From the NCBI GenBank assembly GCA_008632985.1, contig QPGO01000085.1, positions 248,001 through 312,000 on the forward strand: 64,000 bases of DNA, in the 5' to 3' direction. The DNA is from Psammoneis japonica (Eukaryota). Below the pieces are notes generated by a model. The model was not told the origin of the DNA. It saw only the letters and a program-made list of their open reading frames with translations, and did not search any database. The position numbers and the translations under genes are program-made. Positions 23,650 through 36,240 of this stretch are shown piece after piece (positions within the stretch are counted from its first letter, which is position 1; each line of letters starts with the position of its first letter).

Positions 23650-24518
23650 CTCTCGAAACGGAGAGTTAAGCTGCTACTGTACATTTTCATCCTAGCAAGA
23701 TCACTACAATATAGAACACTTACAGGATACATCACAAATATTTGACTACTCCCACTTCGAAGTACATACTTATAGTTGCAGCAATCATCTTGTAGGTTGA
23801 ACCCGTTTGTTATCTACTACTCTCTCCTCTCTACAGTAGAGAGTAAGTTGAGCTCTTCAGTGACTAAACTACTAGTAGCTACGTACTTCTACTCTAGTAG
23901 TAGCTAGCATAATACAGGAGGCTACGAAAAGAGCGAGCATAGCTTAGAGTAAGTGGGGAAGCGCATAAATAAGCGAGCTAGCTAGAGCTCTCTCTAGCTA
24001 GCTAGAGCTACTCTCTACTCGAGGAGAGCAACCAGCAGCCAATGCACGACAAGTACAAATCTACACAATCCCGGTTTTCTCGAGACCAGAAGTCGCTAGA
24101 AGTCGAAGGTTTCGCTTGGGAACTTCTAAGAACTTCAGAAAGTCACATTTCCGTCAACTACTTAGGGTCTAGTCGTGAAACAAGGCAGAAAATGACACCG
24201 ACTTACTTAAATGAAAATGACTTAAACGCGTTTGTGACAGGCGATTCCACAAAAATGGCGGGGAATCTCAGTAGACGTACGTAGAACTGTACTAAAAAAG
24301 CGACTAAAACGGAAGGGTGGACGTCATTGCGTTGATGTTATGTGGCCAATCTGTTGAGATGGGAGACACGACGTTTTCAAGACGTTCACCTCTTGGCACC
24401 GAAAACTGCACGGCAAAACTTCTGACGATCGCATCATGCAGCCACACCCTTACAACAGGTACCGGAATTTCCTCCAAAGCAACATCGACAGCAGCAATCA
24501 TTTCCGACTACTTTAGCA

Positions 24519-26804
24519 ATGAGCTCTTCTCTTCCATGCGTTGACGCCTACGTTTGGCGACTCAACGACATTGGGACCAAGTTGTATTCGCGTGGGAAGA
24601 AAGATGAGGCAATGGCCATGTACAATATGGCCATGGACACGCTGATTCGAAACAAAGAATACCTACAAATGTGTGATGATGCTACAATGATTCAAAAGAT
24701 AAAGTGGGGAGAAGATAAGCTAAAAGAGGCGAAGTCATCAAGAAAGCGGTTTTCGCATCCGGAGTATCCTCACGACGTTTATCAGGACTGCGAATGCCAG
24801 CCGGCTCCCCGTCCGCTTCGTGATCCAATCGAAGCCGTGTCGGTGCTCGAAAACGGCAGTGCTGTTGACTCAAACTATCTTAAGGCAGTGATCTTGTACA
24901 ACAGAGCTCTGGTTCACCATACAGAGAACCGCGTGAAAGACGCCGAGGATACATATGCTCTGGCTCTGAGTGTGCTGACACAATGTACCTATTCGTATGA
25001 TGCAATCACTCGCCAGGTCCTTGATCCCTCTTGGGCCAGCCAGTTTGCGTACTTGGCCATGATGATCCAGAACAATGTTGGTCACATTAATCACGTGCAT
25101 GGGGAGCTCGACGAAGCCCTTGTCCGGTTCATGGCTGCGGCTGATTGGTCCCAACGTTTTCAACGTTGCGAGGACAATACGGTCCGCCTCCAAGTGGCAA
25201 ACGTCTTGTCCAACTTTTCTCGCACACAGTGGGTAAACTGGTACCTTAGCGAATCACCAACGACGGATTGCGTAATGCACGATGCATTGGAGCTAGTATT
25301 GCGTATGCGTCTCTTGGTGCTGGACGAAGATGACCTTGATGTCGCAAGCGCTCACTACAACTACGGAGTGTTTCTGTATGAACAAGGAAACAGCAAATGC
25401 GCCAAACATCATTTGGAAGAATGTCTCAAGATCTACAAGATACACCGAGAAAAGAGACGAAAATCGAGCCAAATGATCAACTTGATACCGGTCCTGTCCT
25501 ATATCCTTCTCATTGCGTGCGAGGGCGAGCCGGGCGGTGATCTGCAATCCCCAGAGCTGTCGAAATGGCTCCGCGTCTTGCTGGACACCCGAAGGCAAGT
25601 TGGGATTGTCCACTCGACCGTGGCAAGACTCCTGAATGCCATTGGTGGAGCTCTCTTCTATCGAGAAGATCTGGACTACGCCTTTGAGTTTTATCGTGAA
25701 GAACTACGAATCGAGGAAGCCTTGTTTGCTCCTGGCGGAGAGCTCAGAAACAAGACCACAAAGCTGAGCGTGGCAATCACTATGAATAACCTTGGGCGTG
25801 TCCTTCAAGAACAACATAGACATGTCGAAGCAATCGTTTTCTTTCAACGAGCCGTCTACAGCGAGCTCTGCCATAAAAAGTTGGAACCACATATTATGAC
25901 GTGGATAAGTTCTGGGGACAATGTACCTCGTCCACCATTTTCACTCAAAGACTTTCCCGGTCAACTCCTCGAGACTGCTTACCTACTATCCACTATTTGG
26001 TACAATTTGGGACTGGTTTACGATGTAAGCAAAAAGCCCATTCAAGCGATTCGATGCTTCCAAATGTGTCTCGAGTTTCGGTCGGGCATTGTGGGACCGG
26101 ACCAACCAGACATTGCCTGTCTCTGGTACAACATTGGGACCCTTCAAGTGGAAAACGGCATGCTTCACCAAGCCGTGGAGTCGCTCGGTGAATTCCTTCG
26201 CATTCGACGACTGGGCGTCAGTTGCGAGCAAGACGACGCCAACCTTGTGTCCGTCCTTCTCAAGCTGGCTCGTCTCCACAAGAAGCGTGGCAACCTCAAA
26301 CAGGCGCTCGAAGCCTACACTCAAGTCCTTGAAGTACAACGCTTTAACATGGCCGGCGACAGCATGCACGTGGGCATGACGCTGTGTTCGATTGCCGAAC
26401 TCCAACACACGCTGGGCGATATCGACGCGGCGCTCGATACGGCCGATCAGAGTTTACGTGCCTATCTCTTGTCGCCCACCATGCGTCAAGTGACATCACC
26501 GAATTATGTAACGTGTGCCCAAAATGCGGGCACCATTTTGCTAGCCCTGGGTAGTTTGTACCATGAGCACTGCGATGCCGGGTTGGCCCATGAGGCCTAC
26601 CAAGAAGCGACCCGGGTTTTGACCATGGCGCGTGATGCCGCAAGGCGAAGCGGCACGGAAGAAACGCCTCCGCCGCCGTCTACTACGGAATCAAACAGTA
26701 CTGCTGTCATTGACAGCGATTCTCCTCGAGGTATCATCACACTTTTGCCGCTCTTGGAGGTTAGTGAAATGCTAGGACGCGCACACTGTGCTCCTCAAGC
26801 TTAA
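24519..26804 (+). CDS. TPR-repeat protein, tandem paralogue of 21427-23649
   Basis: 761-aa ORF collinear with its neighbour (LNDIGTKL, DVASAHYN, ACLWYNIGTLQ, LRIRRLGV, C-terminal CAPQA versus CAPEA). Confidence 0.9.
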   Translation: MSSSLPCVDAYVWRLNDIGTKLYSRGKKDEAMAMYNMAMDTLIRNKEYLQMCDDATMIQKIKWGEDKLKEAKSSRKRFSHPEYPHDVYQDCECQPAPRPLRDPIEAVSVLENGSAVDSNYLKAVILYNRALVHHTENRVKDAEDTYALALSVLTQCTYSYDAITRQVLDPSWASQFAYLAMMIQNNVGHINHVHGELDEALVRFMAAADWSQRFQRCEDNTVRLQVANVLSNFSRTQWVNWYLSESPTTDCVMHDALELVLRMRLLVLDEDDLDVASAHYNYGVFLYEQGNSKCAKHHLEECLKIYKIHREKRRKSSQMINLIPVLSYILLIACEGEPGGDLQSPELSKWLRVLLDTRRQVGIVHSTVARLLNAIGGALFYREDLDYAFEFYREELRIEEALFAPGGELRNKTTKLSVAITMNNLGRVLQEQHRHVEAIVFFQRAVYSELCHKKLEPHIMTWISSGDNVPRPPFSLKDFPGQLLETAYLLSTIWYNLGLVYDVSKKPIQAIRCFQMCLEFRSGIVGPDQPDIACLWYNIGTLQVENGMLHQAVESLGEFLRIRRLGVSCEQDDANLVSVLLKLARLHKKRGNLKQALEAYTQVLEVQRFNMAGDSMHVGMTLCSIAELQHTLGDIDAALDTADQSLRAYLLSPTMRQVTSPNYVTCAQNAGTILLALGSLYHEHCDAGLAHEAYQEATRVLTMARDAARRSGTEETPPPPSTTESNSTAVIDSDSPRGIITLLPLLEVSEMLGRAHCAPQA

Positions 26805-27771
26805 GACAAGGAACAGAATGCTACTGAATGAAATATCTGGCAGAATCGACTGCCAACTGCTTCCATAGTCGTCATAGTTTACATTTTTTTATAGAATGCA
26901 TACCGTATATCATTGATTGAGATGCATCAAATTAGTCTCGACGCCATGCGCACATCCTGGCAAGAAGAAGAAGAAGCTCTGCCCTGTCGCATTGAACACA
27001 ATGCTGTGTTGGAGCAAGGCATCGTAACAGACTTGAAACGAACAGTATCCTCGCTTCGACTCGTTTCGAATTATTGCAGTCCATGAATTGCTTTTGATTG
27101 AAATACACAATGCGGCTTTTGCAATCGTTGGTCCAAAGAATTGCTACACTCTAGAGAGAAAACTACCCCGCGGACGACCACTCTCTATATCATGTTATGC
27201 TCTTTATCTACTACAATGAATGTTGCTGCATAGGTCCTTGGTTGGAGCACTTTATCTACATTTTGGCACTGTGTTCTTTATGCGAATGAATCTTTCTTAT
27301 GGATTGTTGGTTGAATACTCTAGAGCGGCACATTGGGGCTAGCGAAGCAAGAGTTTTATACCAGCATAGAAAAGCCGACCGACCGACCGACCACAATTTC
27401 TGCTATGCTATCTCAATCAATTTTAAATTAGGGTCTAGAACGAAAGCATTGTGGATTGGATCATTGGTATAGTACCTAATCGAGCACGTTTGTTTCTGTT
27501 TGCTTACGAGAATAATTCTCACTGCACAGCTCTACTAGTTTGTTGCTACCGCAGACCAACAAGTCGTCAGGAGACGAACTCGAATGCTTTGTATTTATTA
27601 TTTCTGATTTAGCCATGGATGTTAACTCTGCAATCTCTGCTGTGCACTTTTTTCAATGGGACTTTCGTGAATCGTGTTGTACAGCCCCGCCTCTAGAGTT
27701 GTTTCTTGCTATATGCTTTCTCCTATATGCTTTCTCCTGGTTCTCTGCACACACATAACTCATCACAGTGT

Positions 27772-28274
27772 TTAGTACCAATTCCCATTCAACAAATCAT
27801 CTCCATCCAACAAACTCCCCAAACACAAATTAACAAACAAAAAGTAAAGTCCCGCTTCGATCCAAAATTGCTTGTCTCGTGCCAATTCGGGAAATCGTTC
27901 GGCAGCACCACTTGGATCGACGGCATCCAACACTTCATTGGGAATTAGAATAAACTCATCGATATCCTCGTCATCGTCATCGTCGTCATCATCATCGAGT
28001 GTTGCTGTTGTTGTTGTTTTAGAGTAATCCGCAGAAGAGTCCTTGTAATTCTCACCATCATCATTGACATATCGGCCGCTCCGCCGCACACGAGCGTATT
28101 CAAAGGCACGTTCTTCTTGCTCTTCTTCATCATCATAATACTTGTCAGACATTTTCAACCAAGTTGTGGTGATTGGACAGAATGTATAGCAACAACCGTA
28201 AAGGATGTTACGACATGATTGCATGTGATTGCAACAACAAGCAACAAGAATAAGCAACGCAACGACGTCGTCAT
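27772..28274 (-). CDS. Small acidic membrane protein, probably plastid-targeted; apparent frameshift near 28170
   Basis: MTTSLRCLFLLLVVAITCNHVVTSF (signal-like) is out of frame with TTTWLKMSDKYYDDEE...IPNEVLDAVDPSGAAERFPELARDKQFWIEAGL. Confidence 0.5.
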
Positions 28275-28514
28275 GGTTGATTTTATTATTTCTGATGCCC
28301 GTCGGATGGATGATGGATGCCGAGTCGCGCGTTCGAATCGCCCGATGAAAAGACGGAATTTGGAATTTCACCATCGACACACAAATTTGAAATCTTTTCG
28401 TTTTCGCTCCGCTTCGTTGTGCTTCCGCTCGAGACAGGAGACAGCAACAAAACAACAACAACAACAAAGATACAACAACAACAACTACAATACACACAAC
28501 ATCACAATAATACC

Positions 28515-29936
28515 ATGTCTTCTTCTAATAACAATGATTTAGAATCCGACGATATTTGGGGTGACGACAGCAAACAGCAAGAAGATAACGAAGACGATGA
28601 GACGCGGCACATGTCCACGTCGGAATTACGTCAACGCATTCATTTGCTCAACAATGATATTAGGATTATGAAATCGGACGTACAACGTATTACCCATGAA
28701 TCACGTGCTCAACGAGATCGTATCAAGGATAATGAAGAAAAAGTGAAACTCAATAAGCAATTGCCGTATTTAGTGGGGAATGTTGTGGAAGTTCTAGATG
28801 AGGATGCAGAAGATGGTATGTGTTTTATANNNNNNNNNNNNNNNNNNNNNNNNNNNNNNNNNNNNNNNNNNNNNNNNNNNNNNNNNNNNNNNNNNNNNNN
28901 NNNNNNNNNNNNNNNNNNNNNNNNNNNNNNNNNNNNNNNNNNNNNNNNNNNNNNNNNNNNNNNNNNNNNNNNNNNNNNNNNNCGTCAAACCATCTTTTTA
29001 CCCGTCCCAGGCTTGGTGAATACAGACGAACTCAAACCCTCCGATTTGGTGGGCACCAATAAGGATTCGTATTTGATTTTGGAAAAGTTACCGGAAGAAT
29101 TTGATTCACGTGTTCAAGCCATGGAAGTGGACGAACGTCCGACGGAAGAATATTCCGACATTGGTGGTGCCGATGCACAGATTCAAGAATTGATTGAAGC
29201 CGTGGTGTTACCCATGACACACAAGGACATGTTTGATACCATCGGAATCAAACCACCCAAGGGTGTCTTGTTGCACGGTCCACCGGGAACCGGCAAGACG
29301 TTATTGGCACGGGCGTGTGCCAATCAAACCAATGCCATTTTTCTCAAATTGGCCGGACCACAATTGGTACAAATGTTTATCGGAGATGGAGCCAAATTGA
29401 TTCGGGATGCCTTTGAATTGGCCAAACAGAAAATCAAAGAGGGCACATCGGCCGGGGCTATTTTGTTTATTGATGAAATTGATGCCATTGGAACGAAACG
29501 GTTTGGTGGTGATCAGAGTGGTGATCGAGAAGTGCAACGGACCATGTTGGAACTATTGTCGCAATTGGATGGCTTTAGCAGCAATGAAATGATCAAGGTG
29601 ATTGCCGCCACGAACCGACCCGATGTGCTGGATCCGGCCTTGTTACGGAGTGGACGGTTGGATCGTAAAATTGAATTGCCCCACCCGACCGAAGAGGCTC
29701 GTGCGCATATCCTCAAGATTCATTCTCGCAAAATGAATGTCTCGTCCGAAGTGGTGTATGAGGAATTGGCGCGATCGTGTGAAGACTTTAATGGTGCACA
29801 ACTCAAGGCGGTCTGTGTCGAGGCGGGCATGTTGGCCCTACGACGGGAATCGGCGGAAATTTCACACGAGGATTTTCTTGAAGGCATTACCGTTGTGGCG
29901 GCCAAGAAGAAGGGCAGTCTTGATTATTTTGCCTAA
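28515..29936 (+). CDS. RPT5: 26S proteasome AAA-ATPase regulatory subunit 6A (interrupted by an intron and an N gap)
   Basis: [67 protein letters not shown]-terminal DYFA. Confidence 0.97.
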   Translation: MSSSNNNDLESDDIWGDDSKQQEDNEDDETRHMSTSELRQRIHLLNNDIRIMKSDVQRITHESRAQRDRIKDNEEKVKLNKQLPYLVGNVVEVLDEDAEDGMCFIXXXXXXXXXXXXXXXXXXXXXXXXXXXXXXXXXXXXXXXXXXXXXXXXXXXRQTIFLPVPGLVNTDELKPSDLVGTNKDSYLILEKLPEEFDSRVQAMEVDERPTEEYSDIGGADAQIQELIEAVVLPMTHKDMFDTIGIKPPKGVLLHGPPGTGKTLLARACANQTNAIFLKLAGPQLVQMFIGDGAKLIRDAFELAKQKIKEGTSAGAILFIDEIDAIGTKRFGGDQSGDREVQRTMLELLSQLDGFSSNEMIKVIAATNRPDVLDPALLRSGRLDRKIELPHPTEEARAHILKIHSRKMNVSSEVVYEELARSCEDFNGAQLKAVCVEAGMLALRRESAEISHEDFLEGITVVAAKKKGSLDYFA

Positions 29937-30312
29937 GAATGGAGGAAGTAGTAGTAGTATTTGGGTATTTTAGTTTGCAATCAGTTGTAGTTTAGTGTTT
30001 GAGATTATCGTATTAGAGAGCTGCCCATAAATAATATGGAAAGAGCTCATTTACCCTTAGGGTTGCTATGTAATAACTAATACTACTTGTGAAGAAACAA
30101 GAGGGCGGAGCAAGGCGACGATGTTTTGTCTAGAGTAGGACCAGATATTGAATATAAGCGTGCGACAGGCGCTGGCGTACGGTACCCACAGAGCGCCTAC
30201 AGTAGGCTCGTCGTCATGCAATCGCTACAGTAGAGAGAGAGGCTCTGCTGTACGAAGCGCCTGCGGCATTGAGCAGCCGTGCTCTACTACAGTGATGCAG
30301 AGGACAAACAAG

Positions 30313-30412
30313 AGTTGATGCAATGCAATGTGCAGAGGTTAAATCGGGTGGGTGTTAGCCCTAGTTGATGCAATGCAATGTGCAGAGGCTAAATCGGGTG
30401 GGTGTTAGCCCT
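30313..30412. repeat. Near-perfect 2 x 50-bp tandem repeat
   Basis: agttgatgcaatgcaatgtgcagagg[t/c]taaatcgggtgggtgttagccct twice, one mismatch. Confidence 0.95.
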
Positions 30413-30605
30413 TGCTACGTACGATAAAGTAGAGTACCGTAGAATACTCCTCTACTACAGTAGAGAGAGTAGAGGTAGGAGAACTTATCATGAAGGAGAG
30501 GGGAAGCAGGTGCACTGTAGAGGTAGGACTACCGTAGGGCCGTCTACTCTCTCTACTAGAGGGCCCTACGTAGCTACTCTCTAGCTCTAGAGGCCTATGA
30601 GGCTA

Positions 30606-31108
30606 CGACTAGCACAATGTGCAAAATAGACTATTACAAACTGAATACTTTGTATTTAAATATATAGTAAATGTCTGAATGATTGGTATGTAAAATGACT
30701 GCACATGACTCCTGCTGTAGAATTTGTACCAGTCTACGTATTTATTGCTCTACGAACTGAAGCCCTATAGAAATGTCTGGTATTAAGTAAATTCAAATGT
30801 CGGAGCCGCCAAAATGGACCGAAACGCCGGCCACGTCTTTTAATAAAACATACGAACTTGGCTATTGATTATGAAGCAGTCGGAGTTGAAAAAGTAATAT
30901 CAAAATTTGAGTCTTAATTTGAATAGGAAACATTTAAAAAATCTTCTAATTGTGTTACAAGTATCTATTTTTGACTACAAATTGTTTGGGTTACATCTGT
31001 AAAAATGCCCTAATTATTTGCTAAAAGCCGTTATCATTAAATATCGATGTACAAAAAATGCGATACGGGTGTTCGGGACGTTTTTTACAGTTCACATTGT
31101 GCTAGTCG
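30606..31108. mobile_element. AT-rich Tc1/mariner-type MITE (~500 bp), perfect 16-bp TIR, TA TSD
   Basis: TA|CGACTAGCACAATGTG ... CACATTGTGCTAGTCG|TA; non-coding AT-rich interior. Confidence 0.9.
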
Positions 31109-31614
31109 TAACTCCATACTGGTACTCTCTCTATAGCTAGAGTAGAAGTACTTTAGCGAGGCAAGAGGGGTCATTTGGTCACAGGCTCAGATTTGGTCTA
31201 CATAAAAGCCTAAAAAGTGAAAATGGCGGGAATGTTTTCTAACGGAAATCTATGATCATTACCATTTATTCAAGATTTGATAATATATTCAATGTTTCGA
31301 AATCACTGACCAGCGACAGCGCAAAGCGCAATGACCTCAAAAAGAAAACTGATCGCTGTGCTGTAGTCGCTGTGGCCACAGCAGTGTCCGGTTGTTGTGG
31401 TACTGTGGACGCTTGCTACATATTCTCTCTCTACTCTTCTTAGAGTAAATAGCTGTAGATGGGACTGTTCCAGACTTCTTGGAGTAAATCTGTACTCTGA
31501 AAACACGTCGGACGTTTGACCAAAGAGAGCACGGCGTTTCTCGTTTCTTGCTTCGCTCCATCTTTTCATTGGAATTCATTAGTTGTACTCTGTACAGCAT
31601 ATTTTGTTGCTAAA

Positions 31615-32946
31615 ATGAGCGAGTCAAAATTATCAAGAAGGATTCGTAATGCCACGTACTTTCCTTTGATCCTCTTGGTGGCACTAACAGCACTCTTTGC
31701 GTCCATGTCGAACCTTCGTCCTTACAGTCCGTCACTCCATACAGATACTACAGCTGTGACTGGAACGCAACAAGATTTCACACAGAGAATAACATACTCA
31801 TCATCAGAATCGATACCAACACCATGTGACCAAAACGGCGTTGATTTCATGAGGCTGCCGCCACCGAAATTCCAACAGAATGAGAAGTACACCGAGGTCA
31901 TTCCCAAGTGCCTCTCCAATCAACACGACTTTCGTCGCAACGCAACCAGGATTATTCCCTTTTCCGAAAGCACCGTGGATGGATCCACGGTCGTTTCACA
32001 AATTCGCCAAAACATTACGGCAGCTATTTGCTTTTTGGACAAGAAGCTAACCAACAATTTCTTTCACTTTCCGCACGCCATGCAAACCATCTTTCCGTGC
32101 TGGTCCTTTTTCCGACGTGTCCAGCGTATTGCCAACGACCGACCCATCAAAATTGGCTTTTGGCTCGGTAGAGATGATATAAACTTTTACGAACAGGACA
32201 AGAAAAGCCATACTTGGACCATTGATCTTGTCCAAAGAATGGGGGCGTGTCAGATGAAACCAAGACAAGATCGGAACTATGAATGGCAGGATCCCAAGAA
32301 CATCACGTATGCTTATGTTCATCATCAGAGCACGAATGACCATTTGTTGTTGTACAGAATGCCAAAGTATGAGAAATCGCTTGGATTCGATGGTGGCCCT
32401 TGCGATCAAGAAATGCTTCGTCGTCGAATCCTCGGAGAAGAGTTTCTGTCCACACAGCAAGCACAATCGAACCGATCATTATCCATTGGCATCATCAACC
32501 GCAATACAACTCGTCGAATTGCCAACATTGTGGAGCTTAAAGAGCGGCTTGAACGCGAGTATCCGCAAGCCAACATTGATGTTTCGTTCATGGAAGACAT
32601 GTCTTTTATACAACAAGCAGAGTATTGGGCCAGTCACAACGTCGTTATTGCTGGACATGGCGCTGCGATGACAAATACCGTCTTCATGTCATCAGAATCA
32701 TCGCTGCTGATCGAGCTGTTTCCACCCAAACTAAAAAATACAATGTATGCCAAACTTGCAAGAGACAGTGGCATTACAAGAAAGGAATGGCGCACGCCGG
32801 TGGCGTTCGACGACAATGTCACGGCAATGATGAACACCAGGACACTTGAAGGTCGCAAACAAGCGCGTGCAATGGATTTGACCCCAGATATTGATCAGAT
32901 TCTGCGTATGATCCGAAGGAACATTCGTTGGTTTCGATATGATTGA
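31615..32946 (+). CDS. GT61-family glycosyltransferase (type II membrane)
   Basis: N-terminal TM; IGIINRNTTRRIAN...FMEDMSFIQQ...VVIAGHGAAMTNTVFM...LIELFP (GT61 HGAGLTN-type motif). Confidence 0.85.
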   Translation: MSESKLSRRIRNATYFPLILLVALTALFASMSNLRPYSPSLHTDTTAVTGTQQDFTQRITYSSSESIPTPCDQNGVDFMRLPPPKFQQNEKYTEVIPKCLSNQHDFRRNATRIIPFSESTVDGSTVVSQIRQNITAAICFLDKKLTNNFFHFPHAMQTIFPCWSFFRRVQRIANDRPIKIGFWLGRDDINFYEQDKKSHTWTIDLVQRMGACQMKPRQDRNYEWQDPKNITYAYVHHQSTNDHLLLYRMPKYEKSLGFDGGPCDQEMLRRRILGEEFLSTQQAQSNRSLSIGIINRNTTRRIANIVELKERLEREYPQANIDVSFMEDMSFIQQAEYWASHNVVIAGHGAAMTNTVFMSSESSLLIELFPPKLKNTMYAKLARDSGITRKEWRTPVAFDDNVTAMMNTRTLEGRKQARAMDLTPDIDQILRMIRRNIRWFRYD

Positions 32947-33449
32947 ACTTTTTGTTTTCACGCGTACAACTCAACCATTGAACACGCAACAGAGCACCGA
33001 TTTCAGCTATCCACACATAGATTAGAACACCCTAACTGACACTCTAGCTGCCTCATCAGTTCGACATTCTGCATTACCTTTTCCGTACGTTTATGCCGGG
33101 GGGTACAAAAATACAGTGGGGGTTGCGAGTTATTACGACCACACAAACAGGTGCGTTTCATTGGACAGCGTGACTTGCGGCGATGCGTTAATTGACATGT
33201 TGTCTATAACTAGCATCGTTTAAAAATTTGTGTGCATGTTCTTTTGTTATTCTTGCTTGATGCAGGCTTTTATGGACTTTTCAAATTGGAAACCGAATGG
33301 AAAAAAGTCTGGAAGAAAGGAGAACTCAAAGCTGCAAGCACATTTCAAAACATGGAATCAGAGTTGACAAGAGCAAATGAGGCTGGGCTCAGTTGCTGGT
33401 GTCAAGCCAACAAACACAATCTTTATTTGCCTGAAGATGCCCAGAAATC

Positions 33450-36240
33450 CAAGTGAACAATTTGTTTGCAATGCATTGTCTTTCCACATCTGGTTTCACA
33501 AGACTGGGTGCTGCAACAACTGTGCTGGCTCACCATGTGTTTTTGGGATCCAAGAAATCATGCAGACGTTCACACAAGTCGCAAGTTGAAAGATGCATTG
33601 TTCCACAACACAGAACCCAAAAACAACAGTTTCTGCAACAATCTCAACTGCATGCCAGGTTCAAAAAGGGATGTGAAAATGCCTTGGCCAGGGCAACTGA
33701 TGCATCCGCAGAACCTTCCGGCAACTGAAATTTGAAGTCGAGTGCATCAAAGCTGGTGCAGCCTGATCTTGAGTGGAGCTCCTTCAGAAGAAGCATGCCC
33801 TTGGTGCTGTGGTCATTTGGAATCATGACAACTCATTTTTTACCTTCAACAGTGCACAGAAAGTTGAAGAGGTCAGCGTCAAAGTGTGCAGAGTGTGAGT
33901 GCCCTTTGTGGCAAGCCAGATCCTCGACCAACCAAAGAAACCATGATCTTTTTTCTGCTGCTTTTCCTTGAAGGGGGCATGATTGCTGCAACCAAGTTCA
34001 CTGTTTGTCATGATTTGTTGGATGCTCTTGTTCACTTCTGTGCCAACTTCCTGGAACAGGTCCTTTTCCATGTCCACATCTTCAATGCGGAGCACTTGCA
34101 GTCTGTGCTGTGTCCAGCCTCAGTGCTGCTGGCAATGGATTGCTTTAGATTTGTTGCTGCTGCAGGGGTCTCATTTGAAACAAGCCCCTTGTGAGCCAGA
34201 AAAACCACAATCAATCTCAAGATCTCTGCCTTCTCCAAGGCCTTTCCCAAGGCCTTCTCTGGGGCTTTCAAAGTGCAAGAGGCCAAAGCACTGAAAATCA
34301 TGGACCTGTGTGAGCCACAGCCACTTCACATTTGTGAACATTTTGTTGGAAGAAAACCAGCCACTGACAAGTTTTTTGCCAGCAAACGGTCCCTGCTCTG
34401 CATTGCAGGGCCTCTTTGGATGTTGAAAAATGTTTTTTTCCCTTGTGGCTTGCGTGTGCTGTGCTTGCCACAAGAACAAGAAAATTCCCTTTGTTGTTTG
34501 CAGAGTGGCCCATCCATGCTAAATCTTCCATTTTCCTGTCAATGGTCTCAAGAGCTCCAACCATTTCCTAAAGAAGTGGAGCTGCACAGTGTGCACTTGC
34601 TTGAGAATGCAGTTTTTGCTGCTTCTGATGACTCCAAGGACAAATGCAACCTGGTCGTTCATGACAGAGCAAGACAGGCCAACAAAGATTCCATGAAATG
34701 ACTGGCTTTCTCAATGGAAGAGTGGGCCAATGTGGCTTCAAACCTGTTGACGTAACATCCTCAGCTTTTTGAATCAGAGGTGGCAGTGTTCTGTTCAAAC
34801 ATGGCAAGAAAGACTGTCTCAATTCTTGGGAGACACCGGACAAACACACCAAGGTGATCATGAAGTTTCAGGAGAACAAGGTGCTCCCTCCATTGTTGGG
34901 CACGGCCACATGAGAGCACCACAATCATTGCACACCAGAAGATGAACTTGTGACACATGCCTTTTGATGGCCAATCTGGAGATTTGAACAAAGGTGATGT
35001 TGCTGCTTTTGTCAAGGAGAAATGCCATTTTGCTGGTGGGTCTGCTCAAATTGGCACTTGTGCTTGAACGCAGCACCCAGGAATTGAAGAAAGAGCTGAA
35101 AGACTTGCTTGGTGGCCTCAAGAAAGAGCTGTGGAAAGCCTTGACAAACAACAGTGTTCCAAGATGAGCTGATGACACCACAAGAAATTCATTGATGCAA
35201 TGGCTTGGAGATGACCGCGGTGTTGCAGTCGATGCTGTCAGTGAGTTTGTTGCCATGGCTGCACATGCAAAGAAGGGGCATGAGCTTGCCAATGCAATGA
35301 GCATGGTTGCAAATGCCACAGGGGACTTGGCTCTAAAAAGATGGGTGTTTGAACTCAAACAACTTGAGGAGATCAAAAAAGGATTTCAATGGTGGTGTGG
35401 TTGTGTCTCTGCACTGCAACAATGATGATGGTGTTTTCTGCCAACCAACTCATCAAGTTTGCTGCAATGATGATGAGAAGATCCTTGACGGTGAGGTCAA
35501 TGAGAGCAACTTGACAACAATGTTTTGCTGGAAGTGGAATCAAGATTGTTTTGATGTTGCCATGTGCAGCAACAGGACCCCAGTCACTGTCCAATTCACC
35601 ACATCTTCAAAGCACTCCATCAAATTTCATCGCACGAGGGAGTCAAGGAAAGCACATGAGGTGGAGACAGGGCTCTCAAGGCAGACACAAATTTTTGTGT
35701 TGGCATCAGCAATGAGGGCAACAAGATCTGTTGGGATCCAAAGTCAGGACATGGAGCGTCACACTGTGGTGACAAGGGCTGTGAGACATGTCTTTGCTCT
35801 TCATTTCCGTTGGTCGTGGGTGACATGCAGATGATCCTTGTGCGGCAAGCCCAAAAGGAGAACAACTTTCACCCCAACAAAGACTCTGGAGAAATGGTCA
35901 CAATGCACCACAAAAAGCGAAAGCACCAAGATGCATGATCTCATGTTCAAAATTTCAAAGTGGCTGTGACGCCTCTTTTGCGCCAAGGCAAGCTGCACAG
36001 TCGCGCGGAAAAACCAGCCACATTGTCATGGCAATGATGAACACCAGGACACTGGAAAGACACAAACAGGCATGTGCAATGGATTTGACCCCAAATGTTG
36101 ATCAGATTCTCCGCATGATCTGAAGAAACATCCGTTGATTTCGATTTGATTGGACTTGTGTGTTTTTTCAAGTGTTTTGACTCAACGACTTGTTGAACAC
36201 GGGCCACATGCAATGCAGCGCCAATGATGTCAAGGACTTT
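33450..36240. other. Hypermutated domain 2
   Basis: Near absence of TpA and strong CpG depletion; TA returns at ~36250 (ttagattagaattccctaac). Confidence 0.9.
34270..35700 (+). pseudogene. Decayed Crinkler (CRN)-type NTPase + restriction-endonuclease-like gene
   Basis: LHICEHF (~LYIRE), CIAGP.. broken P-loop at ~34400, VKEKCHFAGGSAQ at 35011-35049 (~KYYFAGGSAR), KWNQDCFDVAM...TVQFTTSSKHSIKF (~KWNQGxxD...QxT...HSLK). Confidence 0.7.

Noticed and set aside
30313..30412. CRISPR-like array (also 44640-44880, 48250-48365)
   Set aside because: Adjacent or degenerate tandem copies without unique spacers; eukaryotic context; no cas genes.
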